DNA of 63,534 bases, counting the filler, from Collodictyon triciliatum (taxonomy: Eukaryota), in the NCBI GenBank assembly GCA_043381765.1. It is 8 parts of 8 records of this genome, joined end to end, with 100 filler letters (N's around TTAATTAATTAA, not from the genome) between each part and the next. Parts side by side here need not be neighbours in the genome. Positions count along the whole stretch, not along the records: positions 17,489 to 25,069 come from JBHJMP010003340.1; positions 25,170 to 33,822 come from JBHJMP010003341.1; 6 more parts are not named here. The stretch is one strand, 5' to 3'. The position numbers were made by a program, and so were the translations under genes. Of this stretch, positions 18,707 through 31,699 are shown piece by piece (positions within the stretch are counted from its first letter, which is position 1; each line of letters opens with the position of its first letter). Under the pieces are notes generated by a model. That model worked only from the letters and a program-made list of their open reading frames with translations, searched no databases and had not been told where the DNA came from.

Positions 18707-20481
18707 ATGAAGACAACTAGACTGACCCTCAGATGGGCTCTTTATCTCTGTTTGATTTCTCTTGGGTCTCTGAGTCTCTCGTACGCACACCTCCGTACTG
18801 TTTCTGGGAAACCTTTGACAAATAATGTATGACGCCTCCCAGTTTATATGTGATTTTCCTATGAAGCATATATATATACCTATATTATCTGACAGGTCTA
18901 TTGTTTGGGATTGTAGTCCTCAAGCTCTTCCGCTAGGAAACAAGATACACAAGTAATGAATATATGGACTGATAAGCAAATTGATGAAAGGAAAATCATG
19001 AAGAAAGCCCACAGAATAAAGTACCTAAAGGACAGGGTGGCGGCTAGGGAGAAAAGAATGAACTGTAGCTAAACTTTTATCCAACCGTATAGAAACATAT
19101 TTTTATTTTCGAAATAAGTCATCACTGCAATATGTTTTGGTCTCTTAACTATTGAAGAGGCTGTTTTCATGCGTTTTGCAAAATATTTAGCAGAGGAGTC
19201 TGTTTCAAAGTTTGTATTCATCCATATCTCAAGAACAGGCGGAACGACAATGAGATCAATTTTGAGAAACTATACAGTATTGCAATTTTGTTCACTTCTT
19301 ACCCAACAAGTGGTTACAAAAAGACAATTCACACAAGCTCATACACCCACCAAACGTAGGAATCAAGTAACATAACAAAGATATGCCCATACAACCACAT
19401 GTCTTCCTCTCTTGGACACACAAACCTCAGGAGAATATCAAAATACGATGTCATTATGGGCTCTTTTCCTTTTTTGGTCATCTCTTCGGTAAACATTGCT
19501 TTGCGAGGCCACTTTCCGGCGTGTTATGAAAACATGCATCATAGAGGAAACCATTTTTTTTAATCGTAATCATATTCAAGTAACGTAATACAGGAAAATT
19601 AACTGATTTCATGAATTCATGCAGTTTGTACCTGACAGCTTTCATTTTTTTACGATTCTGCGCCACCCTTTGGAAAGGATCATGTCTACCTACTTCAGCA
19701 GTTATAAAGGGAAATTAAGAAAAAATCTAGAGACCAACAACACCTTTTACAACTTCCTGCAGGAAAAAATACAGGAAAGGGGTCCATCAAAGCAGTGCGA
19801 TTGTCTGGGAATCAAGGATTCAAACGTAATCAAATAGATCATCTACTACGTTAGACAAACCCAAGAACATGTTATTTTATGAATATATTTCGCATACTAT
19901 GCATCCACGTCTATGGCTACCATACTTGTAATTAATACATACAACATTTTATTTAGCAAATAAAGCTTATTCTACAAAGCTTTGATTGGTTTGGAATAAC
20001 AGAAATGTATGATGAAAGTCTCCTGTTGCTCAGGGATGAATTCGGAATACAGATAAAGTATACCCGCAAGAAAGTAAGCCTTGGTCCATCATAATTGGCG
20101 ATAAAGAGTTTTGATCATTTCAATTTTTTCTGTCAGTGTTTTTTTCGGATTATTTTCATTCTTTATATTTGTTTTAAAATAGGAGACGGAGTGTGTCCCA
20201 ACTTTAAAGTATTTAGACAAAAGATTTCATTCTTTGGCTACAGAGTACTCTATTATATGATTATTTAATATTTTACATATTTAATAGCAATGGAATGAAA
20301 TATGTCTACAAATATACAATTTCCCCATAAATTCATAGTTTACAATTGCATCGAATTCTGATGCCCGCACGTTTATCATTTTCAATTTTACTAACATAAT
20401 TGCGCCAGACATTTGCGTTGTGAATACGAACTGTATCACACAGCCAAGAAAGTTTTAACAAGTAGACTGAAAGAAAAGTAG
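18707..20481 (+). CDS. Golgi-type (type II membrane) carbohydrate sulfotransferase, Sulfotransfer_2/Gal3ST/HS6ST-like, multi-exon
   Basis: N-terminal anchor WALYLCLISLGSLSL; 5'-PSB-like FVFIHISRTGGTT; 3'-PB-like FTILRHPLERIMSTYF; LVGITEMYDESLLLL; C-terminus EYELYHTAKKVL..* (TAG 20479-20481). Middle exon boundaries uncertain. Confidence 0.8.
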
Positions 20482-21710
20482 TCTTCTTTTTTTTTTTTTG
20501 TAATTGTAATTCCGACTTATTAAATGCTCTCGTGTCTAATACATGTTTTGTATAATGACGCCAATTTTATCAGTGGAATTGATTAGGTTTTTAAGTGGAC
20601 TCATAAAAAATATTTTTTTCTTTAGATACAAGACAAATAAAAATATCCAAAGGAAGTTGATTGCATTCCGTATGAGCTTGGAATCCCCCAGTGGCGAAAA
20701 AGACGGCACCAAAGCAGGGAAGAAGCTGCCTTGTAGAGCAATAGTACGAGACAAACAAAAGGAGCTGATTTCTCAGTTGCTTACGTATCCTTCAACTGAA
20801 CAAAATGCAACACGCCATTCTCTATAGTGACTATGAATCCTATTCTCTCCTTTCTTTTTGAATAAAGTAGCATCATAATAGGTCCCGCTTCCTCATTTCA
20901 TGCAATATTGCAAGTAAACTCGAAAAAATCCCTCGTACCGAGGTGGTCTCGACGCGATTGAAAAAGATTTTTAGTCGAGGGGAAAATATAAAAACTAGTA
21001 GTATTAAAAGATATGAGAGAAAAGAAAAGAGAAGGGCGAACCTCGCTAATGAACTCGCGCATTTTCGTTAAAAAAAAAACATATAGCAGGTCGTTATATC
21101 AATCTCTTTGCATGTACTCTTTAGTGCGGGGTGCTCGTTCTCTGCCGTATGGCCCCAATACATGCAGGGATTGCGCTGGACTTTGCGTTCGATTGGCGGA
21201 TTCAAAGATCACATTTTCTCATCCCACTTGCGCATGACATATATACTCTTTTCTTTGTCACACAAAAAAGGCGAGAACAAACTACTTGCGCAAACTCTCC
21301 CTGGTAAGTGACTTTTTACTCTTGCAGGCTCTAAAGTTTTTTCACCATTTTTTCTGGCTTATTGGTTCAGCAATTCTCGAGCCACTTTAGGATAGCTCAC
21401 AGCTCTCTCTTTCTTTAGCGCATGTTACTTTTCATGTATCGTCTCAAGTTTTTTTCGAACGATTCTGGAGCTATCGATCGCAGAATGTCACCGATCGATT
21501 ATTTTTTTTTCTTTATTCACTTGCTTTTTTTTTCTTTTTTGTTGGATTCTCCCGTTCCCTTTGGATATATTTTCTTTTGCCTCGCTTCACTTAGTCTTTT
21601 TGAGTTTTTATAAAGTTTAATTGGGGCCTGCAGGTTTTGTTTATTGGGTTAATTGGTCATATTTGATATTTGAGACTGTGATACAGAGGATTTGCTGTTG
21701 AGACGGGTTC

Positions 21711-24700
21711 GATGCAACCGCAGAGGAATCCAAAAGCACCGTTATCTGGCGAACCTACTGGACCGTGGCTTGCTGTTAGTTTCTCTATTGAACTTTATTT
21801 CCTTTTATCATAATTTTGTTTCGACGTGAAAGCAGTTCCTCATTTCCAATTTTTTTGTTGCGTGAGATGGTTACTCTCCTTCGTTTCATTTTCCTAATTT
21901 TTTAAAAAAAAAATTTTTTTTTCCTTTTTACTAACGCGTCTTTCCTTTCTGCTTTTCGTTTTAATACAGTGTTTGGTAAACGCCGATGCTCTTGACCGAA
22001 GGAATTATGAACTATTGGTCAAACACCTAACTGAGCAGGTTTTCATTTTGTATGAATATTCTGTTTCATTTTCTTAACTCTATGTATTATTCGTTAACCT
22101 ATTTTTTCTTTTGTTTTATACATCAAAGTGACGAGTTTAAATTGACAAGACTCTGATTTTCAATTAGTTTTTAAATGTGTTTTTTTTTCTTGTTTTTTAT
22201 AATAGGTCCCCGAACTCTTGAGGCAATGTTCCCAGAGACCAGTAACTTTTTCATGAACTCTTGGCATTTGATATTTCAAGTCACTTTGAGCATTTTCATC
22301 TTGCTTTACTATCATTCTCATGATTTTTGTTCTTCATTATTCAGTCACCATTGTCCATTCTGGATCAGAGCTGCAGCATCGCTGATATAGAAATGGTGAT
22401 TTAAATCGTGAAATGAATATTATTTTTAGAATAGTGATGCGTGTTTTCTAAGTTTGTTATTTCTATGATAGCAGATTTAGTCTAATTTCATCAACTAGGA
22501 AAGTTGATATCATACTGTGGAAAATTAAAATATGGAGTTTTCTCACTATTACCGAGTTTGACTCTTGATAATATAATTTTTGAACACATTTTAATTCTTA
22601 CTAACAAATTAACACTTAAAAAAAGGTTCAGTTTTTGATTGAAAAATGCCTCATGGTTTATGCTTCGAAGAGACACACCCTTTACGCTCTTCAGACATTG
22701 TGTAAAATTGACATGGGATACACTGACTTGAGTTAATAAATTCCAAATCATAAAAAGATTTTTTTTGAAAATTCATGGGATAATATTCTCATGTACAATC
22801 ATTCAAGTTTTCTTGCTTTTCTCCTTTATTTATTGATGCCTTTTCCCTTGAATCGAATAGAAGATTTTTTTTTAACACTTGCTTCTTTCATTCGTCGCAA
22901 AGTATGGGACAAAATAGAGATCCAGAATCCATCATTCTTCAAGGCGTATATATACAAGTGCAAACTTAGGCATGTACTTTCCTTTACATGAAATTAGTAT
23001 TTTACAGATAAAAATTGAATACATGCAAATTAAAATGGTAAAAATGTAATTGTAAGACCTCATAGATCTATTAAATGAAAAGAACGAGTTTCAAAAATAT
23101 CAGCTTATGCTTCTCCTCGTTATTAGGGATCAAATTTTAGTGTATAACCATCTTTACAATTGTCAAGATTATCTCTTACAAGAGCGGGAATCTTTGGAAT
23201 CTGCAAAGTCTTTACAATCATCACAATTAAATATTCAATTAAATCACTCAGCAGTGCTCAAAATACAACAACAGCTGCAAATAAATCATTATATGAGAGC
23301 TCATGGAGGTGCGCAGTCGCTTGCACATATGTTTCCACCAACCATTCAGAATCAAGGATATGGACCACCAAACCAGTATATGGGTAACCCTTACCAAAAT
23401 ATGCATCATTCCCAGTACCTTGTTGGATCCGGTAAGTCTTGTTTAATGTCTCTTTTTTCTTAGTGACTATATGCCCACAAACAAATGGGTTTTATTTTTC
23501 AAAAAGATGTACCACATAATTTTTTTATCGAAAAGCGTACAATAAATTAATACTTCATCGATTTCTGTGTCTAGTATATCCTCCCCAAACACCTTCAAGC
23601 TTGCCTTTCGGGCATGTAAGTTGAATATTTCTTTTACTTTTACTTTTACTTTTTCTTTTTCTTTTTCCTTTTTCCTTTTCCTTTTTCCTTTTTCCTTTTT
23701 CCTTTTTCCTTTTTCCTTTTTCCTTTTTCCTTTTTCCTTTTTCTTTTCTTTTCTTTTTCTTTTTCTTTTTCTTTTTCTTTTACTTTTTCTTTTACTTTTA
23801 CTTTTACTTTTTCTTTTTTCTTTTTCTTTTCTTTTTCCTTTTTTCTTTTTTCTTTTCTTTTTCTTTTTCTTTTTCTTTTTCTTCATGGCTTGTAAAATTA
23901 AAAAATTGTGACTTCACTATGAATACATTATGATGTTTGGTTATGTCATAGCCACATTTTAGTGGACATACGAGCGCAAATAGGCCACCTTCAGTCGGAC
24001 AATTAAATGAAGGCTTCAACCAACAGACCACCCCAGGACCGGTAAATTATATGTATGGGTCTCGCAGCTCGAGTTCGGGAATATCAGATAGTTCCACTAC
24101 AGGGTCAACACAACTGCTTGCCTCCAATTTGGAGACTGCTCTAGGATTTGGGAGCCGACCAAGCAGTGCTCATTTAAGCCCTGCATCGCACTCACCTGCA
24201 TCAAGCTACTCGCGGTCACCTGAGAATAGCCGACCCCCGGTTTCCACGATGACAAAAAATTGGCTCCAGTTCCATCACGTACCTGAAACGACTCACTCTC
24301 AAGGATATTATTTACCGTTGGGGCAGACACCACTGCATATATCTCCGACCCAACGGCCACATTCCTTAGAACCCTATCGAGAATCGAACGACAGCATCGG
24401 CTCACTGGGACAAAGTCACTCGGAAGATGACAGCAATGCAGGAAGTCGCCGAAATTCGTCGAGTTCACAAAGTTCCACGAGTTCCAATAGCTACCCTGAC
24501 GCACGACTCATACACGCGACGGTGCCTATGTTTTTACCCTTCCCACAGTCGGTTGGACCCACTGCAGCGGTACATGAGCCTCCAAAGCCACCCGTGTCAA
24601 TAGAATTAACTGAGATGGATGATGAGGACGATTATGGCGGTGTTCGGGGAATTAGTTTTGCAAACGCTTTTGATTCGGATGGCTTAGATAATAACCCTCA

Positions 24701-25069
24701 ATCTGCATTTCAGAGTCAAGAAACAGGAAAATCCTCAGAGTATCTTGCACGACAGCAGAGGACATTGCCTGCACATGCTAATCCGCGTCTACCGTTTCCT
24801 CAAGTCGGTCTCCAACCGGAGCCACAAACGAATATAAGCTCGTATGATTCAGAGAGGCCAACTCAATTCAATATCAATCCCTCTATTTTGAGAAATACTA
24901 CAAGCACTCCAACAGTAGGCAGACCATCAGAACAAGAACGCTTTTCTTCTGCTGCAAATGTAACAGATAGCTCTATATTTTCTGATTTTCAGATGAATTA
25001 CTCACCTCCCAAGAAGGCTGGGACTGCGAACCCACAGAGTGGACTCCAAAATAGCAATAACAAAGAAAA
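21711..25069 (+). CDS. Unknown protein: short helical N-terminus + long Ser/Pro/Gln-rich disordered region, 3'-truncated
   Basis: Exons MQPQRNPKAPLSGEPTGPWLA|CLVNADALDRRNYELLVKHLTEQ|..DQILVYNHLYNCQDYLLQERESLE.., then a 1.1-kb exon (about 23952-25069) open to the contig end. Confidence 0.6.
23630..23884. repeat. Intronic polypyrimidine (TTTTTC/TTTTTCC/TTTTAC)n
   Basis: Seen directly. Confidence 0.95.
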
Positions 25070-25169
25070 NNNNNNNNNNNNNNNNNNNNNNNNNNNNNNN
25101 NNNNNNNNNNNNNTTAATTAATTAANNNNNNNNNNNNNNNNNNNNNNNNNNNNNNNNNNNNNNNNNNNN
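25070..25169. other. Artificial contig spacer
   Basis: Same linker. Confidence 0.99.
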
Positions 25170-25241
<72 letters not shown>

Positions 25242-25310
25242 AAAAAAAACAAAAAAAAACAAAAAAACCTAAAACAAAAAAAGACTCAGCTCCACCACCG
25301 CCCAGAAACA

Positions 25311-28300
25311 ATGCACCCGCGCGCCGGTCCGCCCTTTGATCCGGCGTCCTTTGGAATTCTCGGCCCGCCTCCGAACCAACCGCCGCATCAACCGCTCCAG
25401 TCTCATCAGCCGCCCGCAGAGTTTCCGGCCGAGTCGTTCGCCCCGCCGTTTGCGCCTGCAGACTTCCCCACCGACTTCCCGGCCGATCCCTATGCGCCAC
25501 GCGAGCCAATACCGCTGCAAATGCCTATGCAAATGCCCATGCAAATACAAATGCCCATGCAAATGCCGCTGCAAATGTTTGCGCCCGTCCCGATTGAAGT
25601 GCAGATGCAAATGCAGATGGAAATGCAGATGCAAATGCAGATGCCCGATGCTCCTCCGCCATTCCACAAGCGTCATCGCCCCGATTTCGAGCTGCCGCCG
25701 TACTAGTAAGTCGATCAAACCCCATGACTGTGACGCGCAAATATCGCTGCTGAAACCATGCTCGAGAACAACAGCAGACAATCAAACTAACCATCTTCGC
25801 ATCCACCCTGTTATGTCTCCAGTGCCGAGCCCATCCCCCAGTGAGTCTCATCTGCCATCGCATTTTCTCTTGCTCCCATCACTCCGTTCTTCCGCCCTCT
25901 CTTTCCCTCTTTCTCCTTCTATCAATCCCATTCGCCTTCAAACCAGATTCACGCATGAGCCAAAATCGCCACCAACTCTATCCAATCAGGGCCTATGTCA
26001 ACGACATATATGCCGGCCCAGTCAAGACATACAAACAGTATCTCGATTTTCTTGGCGATGATGTCACTCCAGAGGAATCAAAAACTCTCTACGAGCAGTA
26101 CAAACGTGAAGTGCAGCGCCGTGACTGCAGACACTACTTTGACGAGACAAAGATGCAGGAATGGTTTGCCGCTCTGATTGTTTTCCTCTATTAATATGGA
26201 TAAGCGGATGTATGTTTTCCCTGGTGAACAAAGAAAAAAATCCAATAACAACAATAGCATGCTACTTTATCTTCCATGTTTGCTGCCTTGAATTATCATC
26301 TATATTTGTAGAATTTGGTTTTTTATTTTTATGATTATCCACTATCATCTAATCACTGAATTATTTAATTATTGATTATCTATTTTATTTATTGACGATT
26401 CATATGCATATCCCCATTATTTTATCACAGGTTTCGCGACCTTTACGACCCGGCAGCAATTTCCCAGCTGCGTGACGATAAAAATGCCCGTCTTTTGAAA
26501 AAGCAGCAATCATTCCTCGACTTGTTCTCCAAACAGTCGCTTGTAGTGCCGAACTTGGACAATGATTTCTTTACTCCAAACGAGTTTTGGACCACTGAAG
26601 GATTCGGTATTATTTATATCATTTTTGTTATTCGGATTTAACCCCCCCTCGGCAAGCCGATGTTCTTTGACATTATTGCCAGATATATTTTGATGGACCT
26701 ACTGGTGTACAACGTCATATAAGCCCACCCTGCTCTTCGACGAATCGTGTCCGGCCAAAGCATTTACTTTTCTCTAATACTTTTTCAGACAAGCCTGAGT
26801 TCAGTAAGACAGAAAACATCGGTATTGAAACAAGGGACCCAACATACAGCGACGGGAATGAGTCTGCACCCACCGCTCGAAAACCCAAAGGATTCTGGTT
26901 TGTGCTATTGCGCTTTGAAATACATAGTCACTTTCTATTATTACAAACGCTACAAGAAATACTGCCAATATTTTATTCAAAACATCCAGAACTTTTCTTT
27001 CATGACTGTCCTCCCTATGTTCAAGCACCCAAATACACCCAACGGTGCCTTTTACACTATCTCAGGTTTTTCGAAACAAACACCGTTTTTGTGAAAAAGA
27101 TTACTACAAAGATCACGCGGGATGACCTCAAAATAGCCTTTGGGAAATATGGCACCATCACAAAAATCTTCATTTCACCACCACTTCGTGAACAGGGGTT
27201 TGCAAGAATGGCCTGGATTACTTTTGAGAAAAAGGAGAATGCACAGGAAGCAATCAAGAAGTTACAAAGATTCAAGGTGATAGCGATGTTTAGATTTCTA
27301 TGCCTTTAATTTTTTTTTTATTATTTATTCTTTTCCGACAATTTAACTCACATACCACATGCCTGATCGCCCAGTTGAGTAAACGGGCAAATGATAATGG
27401 ACAAATCGGTTATATTTGCCTTTTATTCATACTGTTTCCACATACTAAAAAACTCGAGATTTTTATTTTGTTATTTTGCTATTCGCACGCTCCATATTTT
27501 CCATATTAGATGAACCTTAACCACAATTTTATCTTCTAAGTTTGTGCGATTCCTTTCCATCAGGTTCATGATTGTGAGTTATTGCTGTCGGTTTCACAGC
27601 ACCCCAACAGAGCTCCACACCAGGTCCCTGCCAGCTTCAGGTTGGTTCACTTTTACCTTGTTTAATTCATCACTGCTGGCTGCATAGACCAAAAACACCA
27701 CACTCACTAATATCGATATCTGCCATCACCATCGTCTTTATTTTAGCCTGCAACCGTCTTTGGAATCGGATTACCAAGTATCCAGGAGACTGGTGGAGGC
27801 TTTCGATGCGGAACGCAAATTCGATGGACCGAACCCAATCATCGCAGAATCGAACAAATCGGTACACGCTCAACACATTCATGTAGTTATATTTATTCGA
27901 CTGGTACTCCCAGAAAAGTTCCCTGTCTACAATGCGCGTCCTGGAGAATAGATACTTTGTTTTGATTGTCTTTGTCTATCTACTGAAATCCGTGATGAAC
28001 TAGAAACAACCCCCTCAATAAGCATCTATAGTGGCAATCTCTCATTGAATTGCACGTTGCATTCATTTTGAGTTGTGGAGAACATTCAGTTTCTGAGATT
28101 TTCTTATGATATTAGATACGACAAGCCCTAGACCTGAATATCTACTATCTCCGTAATGTTCATCTTTTTTGTTTTTACTGTGGGGAGGAGTTCGATGATG
28201 AGATAGAAATGTCCAAGCGCTGCGGAACGATTCATATCCGTGGAAGTCATTCCAAGATAGACGACCCTAGTTAGTTAACTATGCATTTTGTTTCACTACT

Positions 28301-29614
28301 TCCTGTTCCAAAACGGTTCTCGCTTAAGTATTGGATTGCAAACCGACTCTTACTGCGCTTTATATGTGCTCAATTTTATTTCCGTATCTATCACATTCGC
28401 CTCGTATTCACAAATGAAATGTCTAGACGCTCCCATATTCCAGTTCATTTATCTATTATATATATATTTTTTTTTTACTTCTCTTCGTCTTTAACATCGG
28501 CATCTTTCTTACCGAATACTCGGTACACTTTCATAGCATTGTGTGAGTGGAGGAGACAGCATGAGATGAGGGTTACGAGTCGCCTTAACAATCCAAGTGG
28601 GCGCTATCGGTTCATTTTTTCTGCTGAGGACAAGTGAGTTGAGCCTGGTTGTCGACAAACGATGTTTAAGAACCTCAATACCAATATTTTCAATTATGTG
28701 GATATGCGCATGTGTTCAAATACACAATAAATTGTGCCCCTGTTTGTAAGCAAAAACAAACAAACAAACAAACAAACAAACAAACAAACAAACAAACAAA
28801 CAAACAAACAAACAAACAAACAAACAAACAAACAAACAAACAAACAAAAACCTTCTCACGTTGACCAGCTCACCACCGAAATATTCGACCCAGAGCCATC
28901 GAAGAGTTCTGCGACCAGAACACAATCTACGTTGGTGCCGAGCGATTCCGATGCAGCATATGCCCAAAGAAAGTCTTTAAGGCACCGGAATTCGTGCGCA
29001 AACATCTGACCCTCAAGCACGCCGATCTTGTGGAGGAGCGGCGCGCGATGGTGTGTTGCATTTGTGGTTTGAAGAGCCGGTGTAATCCCCCTCTGCACCG
29101 TGATTAGATTCCCGAGGGACGGCGACAAAGTCCAAACTCACCTTTGCCACCACACAGGCGCGAAGCCAGCAGTTCATGCAGAGCTTCCTGGACGATGCTG
29201 AGCGCCCGTGTCCAGCTCCAGACAACACCCCGACAGGCCCGAGTGCAGGCGCATCTGCGCAGACACACGCCATCGTCCCCACGTCCTCGCTCGCCCATCC
29301 TGCCCGAGCAGCCTCTGCCCAGATGCCGTCCATGCCCGGCCAGGGCGCCCCGAACGTCGCGGATGGGTGGATTCGGCCAGGAAGCGTCGAGTCGTTCAAT
29401 GCAGGTCTGCCACAAAGACCCAGCTGCCAGCGAACTATGTCATTGTTCATTCATTTTCCTGTTCCTCTGCCTGTTTATTCATCGACTGTGGCGTTTGGAT
29501 TGGGTAGTTTTGCCGTCAGTCTTCCAGGAGATGCGCGAGAGAATCAACTACGAAGACCTCGCCCCAATCATCGGAGACCCTCGGTCGTACTACCGAACCA
29601 CCTTCTTTACATAA
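25311..29614 (+). CDS. SRRT: SERRATE/Ars2 RNA effector homolog, multi-exon
   Basis: KTYKQYLDFLGDDVTPEESKTLYEQYKRE..YFDETKMQEW|FRDLYDP (Ars2 N-domain); RRM; YLRNVHLFCFYCGEEFDDEIEMSKRCGTIHIRG; C2H2 finger CSICPKKVFKAPEFVRKHLTLKH; C-terminus RINYEDL. Start codon uncertain. Confidence 0.9.
28752..28848. repeat. Intronic (AAAC)n
   Basis: Seen directly. Confidence 0.95.
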
Positions 29615-29894
29615 CCACTCGGCGGTGGGTGTGCGCCGGCCAGCCGTTCTAACCCGCCCGAGACGCCGCAAACAACAACACGCAGCTGTTCCCTTTCCGT
29701 TTTCCCGAGCCCTTCGCATGTCGGGCGGCGATGTGCGGTGGCTCGTGTGTTTATGATGGAAACCGCGTTGGAGGCGGGCAACGGAGGAGAGTGAGAGTGG
29801 GGCACAAGGGATATAACGAAACATAAAAAGATAAAAAGGCGAAGGATTATGAGCTGCAGACAGCCGGGTGCTTTGTTGGTGGTGGCGCAGGCGT

Positions 29895-31174
29895 CTACCA
29901 TGCACTGCGCAGATTGGCCACGGTCCTGAGCTTGGCGTAGACCTTGTTTGGGGGCGAGCCTGTGTGCAGGGCAGAAGCAGAGGGTGAGAGATGGTGGGGA
30001 GCGGCGATGGCGGATGGGCCGGCCTACCGAGGATGAGAGAGACGACGGCGTCCTTGGCCACCTGGATGTTTGCGTACGACCCGAGAACGTGGACGCGGCT
30101 GGAGAGGCAGAGGCAGAGGCCGACATGGGTTGGAGGCGGTCAGTACAGTGCGTGGGTGGGCGGGGCAGGGATTTTGGCGATGGAGATACAGACTTGTCGG
30201 CCAGGACAATGCGGGTCTTTGTCGTGTTTTCGATCGTGTACTTTGTCTTGCCGTCCTTGCCGGCTATGCGGCCGATGGCGCGGGAGAGATGGTCGCCCTT
30301 CAGCATGCGCACTGCGTGGGGCGCGGGTGATGCGTGTCAGGCAAGTGGGGAAAGAAGGAGGAGGAGGGGCTGGAAATAAAAAGAAAAAAGAAAAAAGAAA
30401 AAAGAAAAAAGAAAAAAGAAAAAAGAAAAAAAAAAAGAAAAAAGAAAAAAGAAAAAAGAAAAAAGAAAAAGAAAAAAGAAAAAAGAAAAAAGAAAAAAAA
30501 GGAGCCGGCAGCAGACGCCAAAGACCAGGCACCCACCGTCCTCCACCTCAAACGAGTCGATGTAGAGATCGTCCAGCCGCAGCAGCGCAAGCGCATCGTT
30601 GACGTCGAAGCCGAGGGAAAACGCCTTGACAAAGTCCATCGCCTTCTGCAGTGCGCCGTGATCCTCCGTGGCCGCGCACGTCTTGATCTCGACACTCCGC
30701 GACTTTGTGTTGAAGCGGATCTGCAGCTTCATGTGCTCGACGACCGGCCCGTAGATCTTGAGCCAGTTCTGCTTCAGCGGTGTGTAGCGGTGCGGCGGGA
30801 TCGGCACCTTTACGAACTGGCTTTTCCCCTTCTGCACAGTCCGTGTGGCTTAGCCAGCTTCTCGAAGAAAAGAAAAAAGCCAAAGGAAAAAAGAAAAAAA
30901 AAGAAAGAAAGAATAAGCTGAGAAAGACAACCCCTGGGGCTGAGATGGACGCTGGCGCAAAGGTCGGTCGCTCCATCGCTGTCTCCTGCAGATCCTCCTC
31001 CGTGGCCAGCGCAGCAGTTGCCTCAGTCAGCGCAGGCGGCAGCCGCTCTCCGCGCAGCACCTTCGACTCAACGACCTGCTCTTCCACTTCCATCTCCTGC
31101 TTCTCTTCTTCTCTGCTTCGCTTGGCCTCTGCTTGCAAGGCGCCTTCTGTTGGGCTTGTGTTAGAGGCCTCCAT
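29895..31174 (-). CDS. PNO1: RNA-binding KH protein PNO1/Dim2 (40S biogenesis), 5 exons
   Basis: VPIPPHRYTPLKQNWLKIYGPVVEHMKLQIRFN..DALALLRLDDLYIDSFEVED|VRMLKGDHLSRAIGRIAGKDGKTKYTIENTTKTRIVLAD|..LGSYANIQVAKDAVVSLILG|SPPNKVYAKLRTVA. Confidence 0.96.
30378..30500. repeat. (AAAAAAG)n inside a PNO1 intron
   Basis: Seen directly. Confidence 0.95.
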
Positions 31175-31437
31175 CAACCGCCGGCAGAGGCTGCCCCTTC
31201 CTCCCCTTGTCCACAGCCCCCAGCAGAACACGCCGCTGCTTCGATCATTCTGTGGCGCTTTTGGGCTGACAGTGTTTCAGATTCATCAACCATAGTGGAT
31301 TTGTGGCGATCTGAATTTTCCAGAACTGGATAATTGTCTGAGTTTTCAATAAAGAGTAGCTTTTGTGGAGAAGGTTAGTAGCGCACTTTCTGTATCTGCG
31401 CTTCTTTTCACTTTTTCATTCTTGGGCGCTCGGTGGC

Positions 31438-31577
31438 AAAAAACAAAAAACAAAAAACAAAAAACAAAAAACAAAAAACAAAAAACAAAAAACAAAAAAC
31501 AAAAAAAAAAACAAAAAACAAAAAACAAAAAACAAAAAACAAAAAACAAAAAACAAAAAACAAAAAACAAAAAAAAA
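31438..31577. repeat. Intergenic (AAAAAAC)n
   Basis: Seen directly. Confidence 0.95.
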
Positions 31578-31699
31578 CTAAAAATCTCCAGAAAGTAATC
31601 AGCGGGCCAGGTAAATGACTCGGACATGACGCAGCGATTTATTCACAGGAGAGAGGAGGCCCCAAGACAGAGGACAGAAGCAGCCCATGCCAGAGGCCC

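Noticed and set aside
19455-19510. Possible GC donor giving DVIMGHF in the sulfotransferase
   Set aside because: An all-canonical GT-AG path also keeps the frame; cannot be decided without reads.
17489-25069. Contig 3 is 7,581 nt while the other complete contigs are 8,634-8,653 nt
   Set aside because: Most likely trimming or processing of a length-sorted assembly; no biological inference possible.
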